A DNA stretch of 64,000 bases from Octopus vulgaris (GCA_951406725.2 OX597818.1:10540001-10604000), one strand, 5' to 3'. Counted from the stretch's first letter, positions 41,550 through 55,599 are shown. Numbers and translations: made by a program. The notes: generated from the letters alone by a model not told the origin.

Positions 41550-41883
41550 AAACTAACCGTGGGCATCACAAATTTTACATACTGCCACCAACTTCTCTGT
41601 TCTGTGATATTTCCCAGTTTGTAAAACATTGCTAAGATATACAAACTCTTAACTTTTACGACGTGAAAGGAGTATATTTCGCTGATGAAGTTGCCTAAAG
41701 CATGTCCATTGCTTTTACCAGTTTGCTTTATAGACCACTTCCTCTCCCATCTGCTTTGTCTTCATTTTTCAAAAATGTCGATTGACTAATTTTATTAGTT
41801 ATCTCATTTGGTCGTTATTTTCAAATTATAACGAAAACTTTAGAGGGAGATTATGTCTCTCAATCGCAAGCACATTTCAGTTA

Positions 41884-42192
41884 TCTTTTACTTGTTAGAC
41901 TCAGCCATGATGGGGGGACTGCTTTGAAGGACTTATAGTCGAATGAATCGACCCCAGTACTTTTTTTTTAAAGCCTGGTTCTTATTCTATCGGGTACGTA
42001 AACACAGCAACACCGGTTGTCAAGCGGTTGTAGGGAACAAACACGCACACACACACACACACACACACAACGAGTTTCTTTCAGTTTGTGTCTACCATAT
42101 CCAGCCACAAGGTTTTAAGAGTGGATTTGTGAGTAGATTTTTGACCCTGAACCCGGAACCATGTGGTTGGGAAGCAAGCTTTTTGCCACGCA
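41884..42192 (-). mobile_element. SINE family A, diverged and deleted
   Basis: atcgaccccagtac...caccggttgtcaagcgg...ctgaacccggaaccatgtggttgggaagcaagc. Confidence 0.8.
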
Positions 42193-42929
42193 TTTACATG
42201 TAGAGAGATACTACCGTATTTGAAGGGCGCATGTGGCATGCTCGGGCTGGACATTCCAGCTAAACGTTTAACCGGTCAAAAAGACGTGATCGGGCACACA
42301 GGCGCCGAAAAGCTAACACAAAATATGTAAATAATGAATGCAAAGTTAGTGAGTATATAAGTATACGTTTGTAAAAATGTGAGTGTATATATGTATGAAT
42401 ACTTTCAACGGGGTGGACTTTGGTGAAGGCGTCCAAGTGCCAAATGGCGTTAAACCGAGAAACGGATTAGATATTGCATGTTACCATAAGGTTTTTATTC
42501 TCATGATTAACCATACATTAAAAGATTAAAAGCATTCCAGCTTTTCATCAACCTGTATTTTATATCTATGTAGCATTATATTATCCACAAAATCCTTTCT
42601 ATTTTAAGACGATAGGGAGTAACTTGAAGAGATTTGTCTTCTATTTCTAGCGGGTCTTGTAAACACGTAGAGGTTTCTTTATTTTTGCTCCAATTTATAT
42701 ACATGCATCTGTGTATGTATATGTATGTATACATTGTGCACATGTATATGCAAGTATGTATGTCACTGCTTATGTGGATCTGTATGTGTATATGTGTGTG
42801 TGTTTGTGTGTAAACATATATATGTGTGTGTATGTGCTATATATATATATATATATATATAAACACACATTTCTTTGTATGTGTGTGTATATATTTATAT
42901 ACATATGTCTGTGTGTGTATTTATATGTG

Positions 42930-42977
<48 letters not shown>

Positions 42978-45118
42978 TATATGTATGTATGTGTGTGTGT
43001 GTGTGTGTATATATATGTATGTTTATATATGTGTATATATGTTCACACTCATTGTTACTAAGGCTACCACATATATTTACCCTAAATATTTAAACGCTCA
43101 TAACTGAGTGTTTGTGGTCACAATTACTCAGCATTACCTGCAGTTTGTAGAGCAACCAGTAAGCCGCATTAGCTACAAGAATAAAAGGATAGAAGGATGA
43201 AAATATAATATTCATGTACACTCCCTGAAGACACTAAGGACAAGCTGTGAGATGACTAAAGAACTAGAATCTGTGAGCGAATCCAGGTCACCAACTCGTC
43301 TTGGACTTAGTTATTGTGTGGTGCATGTGATATTTCTGTTTAATCAAGACTGTACTCAATAAAGTCAGGAGTGACAGATCAGAATAAAAAAGGAAAAAAA
43401 AGGTTGAAATTGGTTGACACACCAGAGTTACAGTCAATTAACTATGGGAAAAGGTACTTTAGTGAGGAAAATTACTCTATGATAGAACATACTGCGGCCC
43501 TTAATTTCTCAGTAAAATATATTCGCGAACTGGCGTTTACATTATACTTTAAAAATAAACTTTGAAATAAATAACACCCACTAGGGCTAGGCGAGGTCAG
43601 TGAATGTTAATGAGAATTGTTAAGTAGTAACGAAATTGATTGGTTCAAACCTCGTCCTAAGTTGATGAGGTCTGAATCGATCCATTTCTCTCGTGGGACC
43701 TCATTTAACAACAATACTTCTAATACTGTATATTTATTAATTTATCACACGCGAAAGAGCCTCTGTACATTTATTTAATCTGCCACAATGTTGCTGCGAA
43801 AACCATCTTAAATAATGATACATAAGACATGTTAACTTTGGTTAGTGCAACTATCGTCTGTGTGCTTCATTCAAGGATTTCTAGTTTAGATCCTTTCTCA
43901 TTGTCCCCTGATATTTGGTTGTTGCTCTCTTTTGTTTCTGTCTCATTATAGAAATGTGTGTTGCGACGACACGATTAGCATTCAGCATTTATGACATTTT
44001 CCCCATAAGGACTCGAGCTTTATTCTACTGCGTGACATTTTATGAAACTGTCTCTTGCAATTACCATAGGTTGATGTGAGTCTTTTGAGTTAAACTGGGT
44101 AGAAAGAAACTGTTTGGAATCCCGTTGGATGGGTTGTAACTGTAATTCGAAGGGTCAGTTTTGTAACGTAATGTGTAGTGTTGAGTTTCCTTAATAATTA
44201 CATTAAGGGTACACGAATTCGGAATACTCGCCCACTTACACATCATTTCATTCAGTAGGACATTCAGCAGATAGAACATCTAGAATAGTTACGGTGGAAA
44301 CCGACGGAAGCCCATTTAAATTTCCACGGTCAAATATTGTGTTATCTCGCAACGTGGTAAAAATACTGAGAATTACTAAGACTTTACTAAAAAAAAAAAA
44401 ACAAAGAAAATGCTACAAGTTGAAGAAGATAAGTGATCGTTTGATCCTGACAAAAAAAAAACTTCAATAAACAGCAGAATATGGAATATGCTACTTACTT
44501 GTGCAACGAGAAGAGAATTTTAACATTTCGTGCTGAGCTATTCTGAAAGTGAGAGATGATAATCTCTAAGAGAAAGTTAATAGGTACCAAATTTCTCCTT
44601 TGCTGTGTCACCTTATACTGTGGATCCTGGCGTACTTGCAGTCATTGGAAAATGCTTCATCATTAATGTTCTTGGAAATTCTAGCACAATTTTAAAGAGA
44701 GTTTTATTTTATCTTCTTGTTCCTTATTTTTACCAACACCATCTCCATTTTCTTTCTCTTTCCCTTTCTTCTATATTTCTTTTTCTCTTTATTTCTTTCT
44801 CTTTTCATTCTTTCTTGTCTTTTCTCGTTCGGCACTAACCTTCTCTATCTTTAATTATTTAAAAATTCACTTCACGTTACTTCCCAATCTAAATAAACAT
44901 TGATCTGTGGTACTTTTATTAAGGTTAAGAATGCTTTTCGTAGTACTCTAATGCTTAATCAATGACACATCCATATTACCAGCTTTTTTTTTTTTTCATC
45001 TAAGTTTCTTTATGCGTCTCTTTAAGACAACAGCACGCGATGATAACCGAAGGATGAGCAAGTTTGCCTTGTTATACGACGATCCAGTTGGTCTTAATGG
45101 CGATGATTGGTGTTATGT

Positions 45119-45186
45119 CCGCAATATCGAACCTGTTGCAACATGTTTGAGTTTCACCAAGTGTTGCACTACCTTCGATATTACGG
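45119..45186. ncRNA. Pre-miRNA-like imperfect hairpin (strand undetermined)
   Basis: Arms ccgcaatatcgaacctgttgcaaca and tgttgcactaccttcgatattacgg: 25-nt arms with about 21 pairs (including G:U) and symmetric mismatches, plus an 18-nt partly paired loop, in unique sequence. Confidence 0.45.
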
Positions 45187-45242
45187 TGCAGTATAAGTTG
45201 CTGCCTGCCTGCCTTCCTGCCTGACTGACATTCTTGCTTTGG

Positions 45243-45273
<31 letters not shown>

Positions 45274-46013
45274 TGTGTATGTATATGTATAATATGTGTA
45301 TTATTGCCATCGTGAAACGTCTACATCAAATAATTTATTTCCTACTTGAAACCCCGACTGCTATTTTGACTTGTCGTTTTTACTTCCGAACTCTTGTCTT
45401 GCTTTCCTTTATTTGTGACATTACGGATACCCTTTGCAATTAAACACTTCGGTCATTGTTTCATGAACCAGCCTCCATCTTTAGTCCTCAATAACACCAT
45501 GATTACAACAAACCACAATCACAACAGCCCCTTTCCCAGTTCTCTGAGTCTCTGAAACTGGTTAATTTATTGCACTTGTCACCAGATCTATATACATGGA
45601 CATCAGCAGCAAATGTGTTTCAATCTTTACTTGTGTATCCGAGGCAGACATGTATATGAACGATAGAGGTAATTCTCTCGGCCATGTCTACTATTTCTTT
45701 CTATTCTAGAGACTGTCCTATTCTATTTTACTTGAACTAACAGCTCTCAAATACACAAAGAAGAGTGCCCTATGTGATGTTGTACAACCTACAAAAATAG
45801 AGACTAAATCTCCCTCAAATCACGCCATTCTGTGCTCAAAAAAGAATACATTAGTTAATAAAATCCCAGATATACAATGCATGAATAAAAGACGTAGTTA
45901 AAACACTTTGGATTGGTCTGACCAGTCAGAGCTAGCCCCAGGCGAAACAACAACAAAAATAACTCACAAAATGTTTTACGTACTGTATATAATTGAAAAT
46001 AATGATAGCCGTG

Positions 46014-46052
<39 letters not shown>

Positions 46053-46556
46053 TGATTTATGGTAGATACAACGTGGATGAAGAGTATAGTCGATTAAATA
46101 AACCATTGTACCGGTACTTTATTTTATCGACCAATAAGAATGAAAAACAAAGTCGACTCCAGCTGGCAATAAAGCTCAGCACGTAATATTAACTTAAATG
46201 CGTTCGTTTATAAACAAAACGAAACGGAAAACAAAAACAAAAGCAATACAAACAAATATTAAGATGGCTTGCATTTATTACGCCTCACTAACACTCCACC
46301 TCCCTCTATTACACCTATATTTTTTTTTTAAACTACAGACCAGCTTAGTATATTGATTCCTTGCCAAAAAGATATAAAGATATGTTCCTACTTTCCTTAA
46401 TCCTTCTACTTGTAATTCCTCAAGTCTAATAATTCTGTAAGTGGTACACCTGCAATTAAAGCTACCGTTTTTATTGCCCGCATATATTTTATATACAGAC
46501 ACATTAAACGCGTCCATAGCCCGTATACTTGTGTGTGTATGAGTGTGTGTTTGTGT

Positions 46557-47277
46557 GTATGTATGTATGTATGTATGTATGTATGTATGTATGTATGTAT
46601 TATGTATGTATGTATGTATTATGTATGTATGTATGTATGTTTGTATGTATGTATGTATGTATGTATGTATGTATGTATGTATGTATGTATGTATGTATGT
46701 ATGTATGTATGTATTATGTATGTATGTATGTATTATGTATGTATGTATGTATGTATTATGTATGTATGTATGTATTATGTATGTATGTATGTATGTATTA
46801 TGTATGTATGTATGTATTATGTATGTATGTATGTATGTATGTATGTATGTATGTATTATGTATGTATGTATGTATGTATGTATTATGTATGTATGTATGT
46901 ATGTATGTATTATGTATGTATGTATGTATGTATGTATTATGTATGTATGTATGTATGTATGTATGTATGTATGTATGTATGTATGTATGTATGTATGTAT
47001 GTATGTATGTATGTATGTATGTATGTATGTATTATGTATGTATGTATGTATGTATGTATGTATGTATGTATGTATGTATGTATGTATTATGTATGTATGT
47101 ATGTATGTATGTATTATGTATGTATGTATGTATGTATGTATTATGTATGTATGTATGTATGTATGTATGTATGTATGTATGTATGTATGTATGTATGTAT
47201 GTATGTATGTATGTATGTATGTATGTATGTATGTATGTATGTATGTATGTATGTATGTATGTATGTATGTATGTATG

Positions 47278-47308
<31 letters not shown>

Positions 47309-47797
47309 GTATGTATGTATGTATGTATGTATGTATGTATGTATGTATGTATGTATTATGTATGTATGTATGTATGTATGTATGTATGTATGTATGTATG
47401 TATTATGTATGTATGTATGTATGTATGTATGTATGTATGTATGTATTATGTATGTATGTATGTATGTATGTATGTATGTATTATGTATGTATGTATGTAT
47501 GTATGTATGTATTATGTATGTATGTATGTATGTATGTATGTATTATGTATGTATGTATGTATGTATGTATGTATGTATGTATGTATTATGTATGTATGTA
47601 TGTATGTATGTATGTATGTATGTATGTATTATGTATGTATGTATGTATGTATGTATGTATGTATGTATGTATGTATGTATTATGTATGTATGTATGTATG
47701 TATTATGTATGTATGTATGCATGTATACATGTATGTATATATGGATGTGTGCATGTACGTGTATGTATGTATGTATGTATGTATGTATGTATGTATG
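46557..47797. repeat. About 1.24 kb (TATG)n array with a recurrent 1-bp-deleted unit (TAT)
   Basis: Direct reading. The ...tatgtattatgt... interruption recurs more than 20 times. Confidence 0.99.
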
Positions 47798-48076
47798 TGC
47801 ATAATTGCACCATAAGCGGAGGATTATAGTACTAATAGGTTTTTGTACATAAATACAAATATATTTAAGTGTGAATATGCGCGCATCAACCTAAGTTTCT
47901 CTCTCTCTGTCTATCTATCTCTCTCACACGCACACGCACACGCACATACACACGTACACACACGCGCACACAAATACACACACTCACTCATGCACTCTCC
48001 ATTTATCTATTTATCTATCTACCTCTTTTTATCTCTATCTATCCTGCTATCTCTATCTCTCTCCATCTCTATCTCT

Positions 48077-48126
<50 letters not shown>

Positions 48127-48346
48127 CAATTCTGCAAATTATCTGACTACAAGATCAGAGGTCCTTTCCAAATGCTGCACTTTGATAAGTACTTTCAAAA
48201 TATCAAGAATACACACCACCACTGGAGTAAATAAACAACTACTAAATAACCACGTACTCTTTTCAATCTCTCTCTCTCTCTCTCTTCAAATCTCATACTA
48301 TTATCCTCAGACAACACAGTAGTATTACTATCTCTTAGTTACAACA

Positions 48347-48402
48347 ATTAATAAAACTGCAAAGACATCACAGTTTTGTGATGTCTTTGCAGCTTTGTTA
48401 AT
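48347..48402. repeat. Near-perfect inverted repeat, 26-bp arms, 4-nt spacer
   Basis: attaataaaactgcaaagacatcaca gttt tgtgatgtctttgcagctttgttaat (24 of 26 complementary). Confidence 0.92.
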
Positions 48403-49411
48403 AAAGCATATTATTCTTCCTCCAGTATTCTAGTACTAATTTTTTCCACCCTGTTTCACATTTATGTGCTGACTATGGTATATATAAGAAATATACCTAC
48501 GTAAGGTGAAAAATCACATCTTGTATATTACAAGAAAAAGATCAATTAAAACAAATTTATTAAAATTTCAGACCCTTTGTGCGATTTCGTCCATCCTGTA
48601 CATTTCTCTGTCTATCTCTCTGATGAAGAACAAGCGCCAACAGTCATATTAGTTCCTATACTCGTCACAGCAACCGAATCTTTCGAGCTCTCCTTCGGGA
48701 GAAATGTTAGCGACACAAACTACCGTCTGTTTCTTTAGATTCCATATTTTACCTCATCAAGGTGTTGTCATTTTTATTACTGCTGCTGAGTTTTCTCTTC
48801 ATCAGAGGTTTTGCCTATTCATGACCAATCCACTATTAGTATAACAATGACTATACTATCTAATGTAGCTTCTTTTTATAAAGATACAACCTCTTAAAGT
48901 AAATTTAGCTGTTATTTTTAGCGTAAAGGCGTCCTTATTTGCTTATTGTTGGTTTTATCCTCAGTTTGGTTCTGATCGAACAGAGTTATCACTAAATGCA
49001 ATTCAGCCACGACTTGTATTTTTTTCCTGGCAAATTGTACCCCGGACTACATGAACGAATGTGCCCTTTCCTTCCTTTTAAGATCTAGCTGCTATTTTTA
49101 AGAGACAGAGGATCCCATATTGGCTTTTGTTTCGTTGTTTAGCCCCTGGTAAGTCCTGGTTGACCAGACATATGATGTGAACAACCCGTCTTTTCAAGCC
49201 CAGGACTGCATTGATCAATGGGTCCATTTCTAAGACACTGGGCTATCATTTGAGGTAGTTTTGGCTACTATTTCTTGTAGGTCGACTGTGTGGAGACTGT
49301 CTCACTGGTACGATGCGCCTCAAGGTGTGACAGTGTTCTAATGGGAAGACCAAACGTTAAAGATTTGATGCAGCAAGACGTGTGTGTGTGTATGTGTGAG
49401 TGAGTGAGTGA

Positions 49412-49484
<73 letters not shown>

Positions 49485-49789
49485 CTATTGTCTATGAACT
49501 ACTGCAAATTATATTATATCATGCATGAAATCTTCCAATAGTTGCCGCATTATTCGTTTTATCCAATACACTTCATTGTTGCTACCACTATATTTTTGTC
49601 ACCAGGACAACACTGAGGAAGAATATGTATGAAAGAAGCTCTCAGTGATCATCTGATTGTTCCACCAGCTAGACACAGTAACCAAAAGCTCCCTCAAATC
49701 ACGGTAAGGCGGGATTTCATGGAGGCTTATTACCGTCAACAAAAGAAGGTGCCTGTTGGATGATATGAAACTAAATACACTGCCTGGAG

Positions 49790-50050
49790 CAGTGATTCTC
49801 AACCATTTTCTTTTATCTATGGCCCCCTTTGATTACTGTTTTATTCTGGTGGATTTCCTTAGCCATCCAGAGTTTAAAAACTGGTTTTATAGATACTTCT
49901 TTCAAAATTCCTATTTTGTTTATCATACATCTATTTGTGTTGGCTAAACTATGTATGGACCCGTAAAATATTGCCGTGGATCCCTAATATACAATTTTGC
50001 TGTGTGGAGCCACCAAAATCTTATATAGTCCACAAGGTTGAGAACCACAA
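49790..50050 (+). mobile_element. hAT-type MITE with both TIRs
   Basis: cagtgattctcaacc ... ggttgagaaccacaa. Flanking 8-mers gcctggag / atctgaag may be a decayed TSD (5 of 8). Confidence 0.75.
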
Positions 50051-50761
50051 ATCTGAAGCAAAGATATGTTAATCACTGGTGAAGCATCCTTTGCCCGTTT
50101 AAACTTCCCCAAAGGCTAAACAGCAGCAACAATGTGTACCTCTGTGGATACAGAAACATTCCCTACACTCATTAATACTTTCCGTTTATTGGATTTCCGT
50201 TGTGTTCAGTCTTCTATTCCATTTATCGATACGACAAGGGCCACCTACGTCGCTGCTCAATTTTGTACTAACTCTCTGCTGTCTTCAACAAAACCTATGC
50301 ATGCTGTTTCTCTCTTTCCCTTCCCTCCATCTTCTCTCTCTCTCTCTCTCTCCATCTCTCTCTCTCTCTCTCTCTCCATCTCTATCTATCTATCTGTCTG
50401 GCTGGCTGTCTGCCTGTCGCTTTATTGCGTTCCCTTCACACTTGGACTACGCTGTGATGAGCCTGAGAGTTCTATGAAGCATACCGATCCCCAATTTTTT
50501 TTCTTCTGCCGACATAGAAAAAATATCCTGTGACGTAACCACTTGCTGTTTCTTTACAGCGCAGCTAAAATTATATGTTTATTTTTTTTTAAATACAAGT
50601 AAAAAAAAAAAGGGTTTCAAATTATTTTAAAATGTTGTTTAGTGCACTATGATTTAATTAACCCACATTGTCAGTGCAACACAGTTATGAAAATTAAATA
50701 AACTAATTTAAGCAAGTCTTAGTCAGTACGCATTATAAATATAATATACTTATCACTTAAT

Positions 50762-50968
50762 GCGGCGAGCTGGGAGAATCGTTAGCACGCCGGGAGAAAT
50801 GCTTACGGTATTTCGTCTGCCGCTACGTTCTGAGTTCAAATTCCGCCGAGGTCGTCTTTGCCTTTCATCCTTTCGGGGTCGATAAAGTAAGTACCAGTAC
50901 TGGTGTCAATTTAATCGACTGGCTGCCTCCCCCAAAATTTCGGATCTTGTGTTTAGAGTAGAAAAGAA
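50762..50968 (+). mobile_element. SINE family B, full length
   Basis: gcggcgagctgggagaatcgttagcacgccggg...gcctttcatcctttcggggtcgataaa...agagtagaaaagaata. Possible flanking repeat ttatcactt. Confidence 0.92.
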
Positions 50969-51379
50969 TATGTTTATCACTTGTGGAAACAAGATAGCTT
51001 TTTTATGATGAAGATCTGTGAAGAGTAGTAGTTAACCAGATCGGCTTCACTTTTCTCCCACAGAGAGATAAAACCTGGATGTAACTGTTTTATGTACTTT
51101 GATGCCAGAGTAATACTTGGTGCTCTAATGCACCATCATTATTGCAAAAAGTCTCAAGAACTGGTTGACATTCTTCTGCGAGTTAGCACAGTTTGAGCAA
51201 ACCAATGATCAAAGGCTTAAAGTGACGAATTGACAGGGTCTCTATAGACTGTCTGATAAAATGTCTGGATAATTGGTTCAAGGTTTCTTTGCTCTAAGGT
51301 CAAAACGTACTGGGGCCAACGTTGCATTTCATTTTTTCGGCATTGATGAAGTATCAGTTTCGTAACGGGGTCAATTACT

Positions 51380-51431
<52 letters not shown>

Positions 51432-51941
51432 GTAAAGTAGCCACGAAGGGCGCATTCACGTCGCAGCCTCACTTGTCCATTCAGCACCAGTCTAAATATA
51501 AGAACGATCAAAAGCGTTCCAGATATAATAGTAACAATTCTTATTCCAAACCTGTATATCATGAACACACGTTTATTGGCTCAATAAAGATTCTACGAAA
51601 TATTAAGGATTACATCTAAGAAAAGCAGCACAAAATCACTCATTTGAGATAGGGAACAGATCGACCCCAGGATTTTACTGATACTTATCGAATCTCAGAA
51701 AGAGGAAACACAAAGTCGACCTCGACGTGATTTGAAGTCTGAACGTAAAGAACAGTAACTAAATACTACAGGATATTTAACCAACACTCGAACAATTCTT
51801 ATAATCTACCAACCTTAAGATATATGATACTTAACATTGAGCACAAAGCCACAAATTTTTATTGAAGTGTACATATACACACATACACACACGCATGTGT
51901 GCTATATGTATGTATGAGTTTATGTATGTGTGTGTATGTGT

Positions 51942-52094
51942 ATGGCTGTGTGGTAAGTAGTTTGCTTGCCAACCACATGAGTCTGGGTTCAGTCCCACTG
52001 TGTGGCACCTTGGGCAACTGTCTTCTACTATAGCCTCGGGCCGACCAAAGCCTTGTGAGTGTATTTGGTAGATGGAAACTAAAAGAAGCCCGCC

Positions 52095-52142
<48 letters not shown>

Positions 52143-52462
52143 ATATATATATACATACATATATATATATGTATTTATGTGTGTATGTATGTATGTATGT
52201 ATGTATGTATGTATGTATGTATGTATGTATGTATATGGGTGTTTGTGTGTGTGTATGTTTGTGTCCTGTGTTTGTTCCCCCACTATCGCTTGACAACCGA
52301 TGCTGGTTTGTTTACGTCCCCGCCACTTAGCGGTTCGGCAAAAGAGACCGATAGAATAAGCACTAGGTTTACAAAGAATAAGTCCTGGGGTCGATGTATT
52401 CGATTAAAGGCGGTGCTCCAGGATGGTCACAGTCAAATGATTGAAACAAAGAATAAAAGAAT
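51942..52462 (+). mobile_element. SINE family A, full-length reference copy
   Basis: tRNA-like head with A-box-like tggctgtgtggtaag and B-box-like gggttcagtccc, an internal (TA)/(TATG) array, and tail ...gtcaaatgattgaaacaaagaataaaaga. Confidence 0.93.
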
Positions 52463-52495
52463 ACCTATCTATCTATTTCTCTCTCTCTCTCTCTC

Positions 52496-52563
<68 letters not shown>

Positions 52564-53064
52564 AATCTCAGTACTTAACTCGCTCTTATCTTACTAACTG
52601 CAAACTGATTGAAGGCGACGTAGAGTTCGGAGCACTTTAAACTCAGAACGTAGAGAAATATTGCTTAAATGTTGCAAGATAGTTTGTCCACCACTATACC
52701 GATTCCACAGCATTCTTTCTTGCTAAATCTTAATAAAGAAACATGGTGAAATTCTCTCGGTACTTTTCTCGCCATACCATTTTGATTTCATTTTTATTCA
52801 ATTATGTGTTTATTTATTTTTAATTTTGAGAAATCCTTCCAATAAAAATTGCAGAACACGGAATGTTTTGAAATGCATTATTTTGAAAATTATTTGAAGT
52901 CTGACAATGTTGCACAAATTAATTACATTTTCGAATCTAATGAATTTTATATCGAAAAATAAAACAAACGCGCGCACACACACACACACACAAAGAAATG
53001 TACAGTAGAACAAATATTTCTTTAATCATCATCATCAGCATCATCATCACCATTACTATTAAAA

Positions 53065-53298
53065 GCGCTGGATTAACAGAATCCTTAAAGTTACAGACAA
53101 AAAAAAATTCTTTGCTGTATTTAGCTCCGTCTCTTTTCAATACGAGTTCAAATCTTTCTGAGGTCAATTTTTGCCTTTCATCCTTCTCAAGGCGATAAAA
53201 TAAAATGCTAGTCAAGTACTGGGGATGGGGTCGATTCAATGGTAAAGCCCTTTCCTTCCCCCACTCCCCAAATTGTGGTTTTGTGCTTCTGTTAGAAA
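53065..53298 (+). mobile_element. SINE family B, diverged
   Basis: gagttcaaatctttctgaggtcaatttttgcctttcatcctt...gataaaataaa. Confidence 0.75.
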
Positions 53299-53459
53299 TT
53301 ATAATTATTATTAAAATTCATTAATGTTATAATAAAGATAATTGCTAATTTCTAATTTAATCTTCATCCTTTCACAATTCTCAAAGGTCTGTGACATGGG
53401 TACACAATTTTCTGTTTCCTCTCAGCTTTGCTGTTTTGCTTCTCTCACTCTCTCTCTCT

Positions 53460-53491
<32 letters not shown>

Positions 53492-53581
53492 TTCACTCTC
53501 TCATACACACAAACACAGATGCACAACTTATGTGTCTTTATTTCTGCTTATATATGTATATAATATATATATATATGTATA

Positions 53582-53614
<33 letters not shown>

Positions 53615-55167
53615 GGGAGAAATATATACTTATTTACATGATATATGTACATATGTACATATGCACACACACACACATCTATATATATGTATATATATAT
53701 GTGTGTGTTTGTGTGCATGTATGCTCAAGAAGATACATACTTATTTCACAGAGTAATGACTCTTAGCGAATACTTTTCACGAAAGTTCTCGACAAATGTT
53801 GGTGGAAAAACACACCAGAGAATTAACTTCTTATATACAGTATAAAGGGAAAAGAGTGATCTTACCCCGTTCCAAGTCCTCCTCAGTAGAACATTTTAGT
53901 CAGTGTAAAAGAAGATTCAATCCTTGCGTGACCATCAACTTAAGGTTATTTGTCATGTGGTGTGATATATAAAATTAGTCAGAACAGATGAATCTACTGA
54001 AAAACTTCTATATTTTATATCCAACTGGATAAATCATAAAATCAATTGGAAGTTGAAACTTTTGAAGTCATTATTCCGAGTCTCTTGTTCCGATCTTCTG
54101 ATAATTCTATATAAAACAAAAAACGTGGAACATAAATATTGCATATAATAGATATGCCGGTGAGATCTTTGACTGCCATAACAAGTGATGATTGGTTAAA
54201 TGGGAACCAAGAGGTTTTATTACTTGGAAATTAGGTGAGAGAAGATAAGGTTATGCAAAATGACGTATTGTTACGAAAGAATTTTAAACGATATGAAAAA
54301 ACACGTGTATATGTGTGAAGATATATAAAAAAAAATTATAGAAACACTGTAAAATCACTTATAAAAACAGTGTAAGTGAAACACGTCTAACATTTTAGAA
54401 ATCCTTAAAACCTCATAAATCTCAAACACGGAGGCAATAAGCTCTATACCGTTCAAAATATTCGAAATATTTCTGCCACCATCTTATTACAGGTACATAA
54501 TTATAAAATACATATTTTGAAGCATGCCTGCAACATCCCAACATCTCAAACACTTCAGTTAAGATATGAATATTCTGAATTAGAATAAAGAGCTTTTCTC
54601 TTAGGCATAAATTAGTGAGCAAATTCGAATGAAAGCTGACATATGCATTTTGGGAAGACATGTTTAAGGATCGACCATTCGATTTTAAATGCCATCAGAT
54701 TTGTTTATTCTAAAAACCAAAGATGCATGGAAATGTTTGTTAGAAGTTATTTTTCTGGTTCCTGAAATGAATATCTTGCTAAAATCGTGCCATAAAGCAA
54801 TCTTGATCATTCAATATAAGCCTTTACGTTCTTCCTATTATCTGGTTGTACCTTAGTGAAATATTCTAAGGCTTTAAAAAGACAATTAACCTTAAGGGGG
54901 CAATTGTTTGTGACAAAGAAACGACCAGAAAGAGAAGTGAATATATTATTCTCTTTGGAAATTCTTTCGGAATTTAAAAGGTTAATTTAAATTGAAATTC
55001 TTTGTGAATTTATATTCTTTTCTTTTTACAGCAGGAATTTCTCTTTAAAATCTTAGAACAGGTTCACCAGAAATGAATAGAAGTTTAGATGTAGGAAATA
55101 TTTGCCGTCATTTCAAATGCAGAGGCAGCATGCATATAAGCATCTATTCAACGCGCGCACGTGCACA

Positions 55168-55244
<77 letters not shown>

Positions 55245-55541
55245 ACACACACACACACGTATAATGTAATTAGTGTTGTTAAGTACAAATCTTTATTTAA
55301 AAAAGCAAAAAAAATGCTTTCTGATGGTGAATCTCTCATGGTTTATACAGCCAGTTTAGCCAATTATATAGGTTGCTATGGTGCAACTTGGAACCCAAAT
55401 GAATATATATATCTATAATCGCAATCATTTTAACGTCCATTCTTCCATACTTGCATGGGTTATATGGAATTCGTTAAGACAGATTTTGTACGACTGGATG
55501 AACTTCCGGTTTCCAAGACCGGAAATGTTTTACACTGCAGA

Positions 55542-55586
55542 TTAGAAATGAGCAGCACAGCAGATACGAGGATAACGCTCGTCTGC
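55542..55586 (-). other. Candidate exon start (strong 3' splice site)
   Basis: gtcctttatttcag|GCAGAC. Phase 0 reads ADERYPRICCAAHF*. No donor was found, so it may be a terminal or UTR exon. Confidence 0.3.
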
Positions 55587-55599
55587 CTGAAATAAAGGA

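Noticed and set aside
46529-47829. Long MYVC-repeat ORFs
   Set aside because: Artefact of the (TATG)n array.
49605-49650. CTGAGGA...GAAA hammerhead-like spacing (similar partial matches at 41682, 48620-48705, 48795)
   Set aside because: Stems I and II do not pair, or the GAAA box is missing.
51942-52010. tRNA-like sequence with A and B boxes (also in other SINE heads)
   Set aside because: Continues directly into the SINE body; a SINE head, not a tRNA gene.
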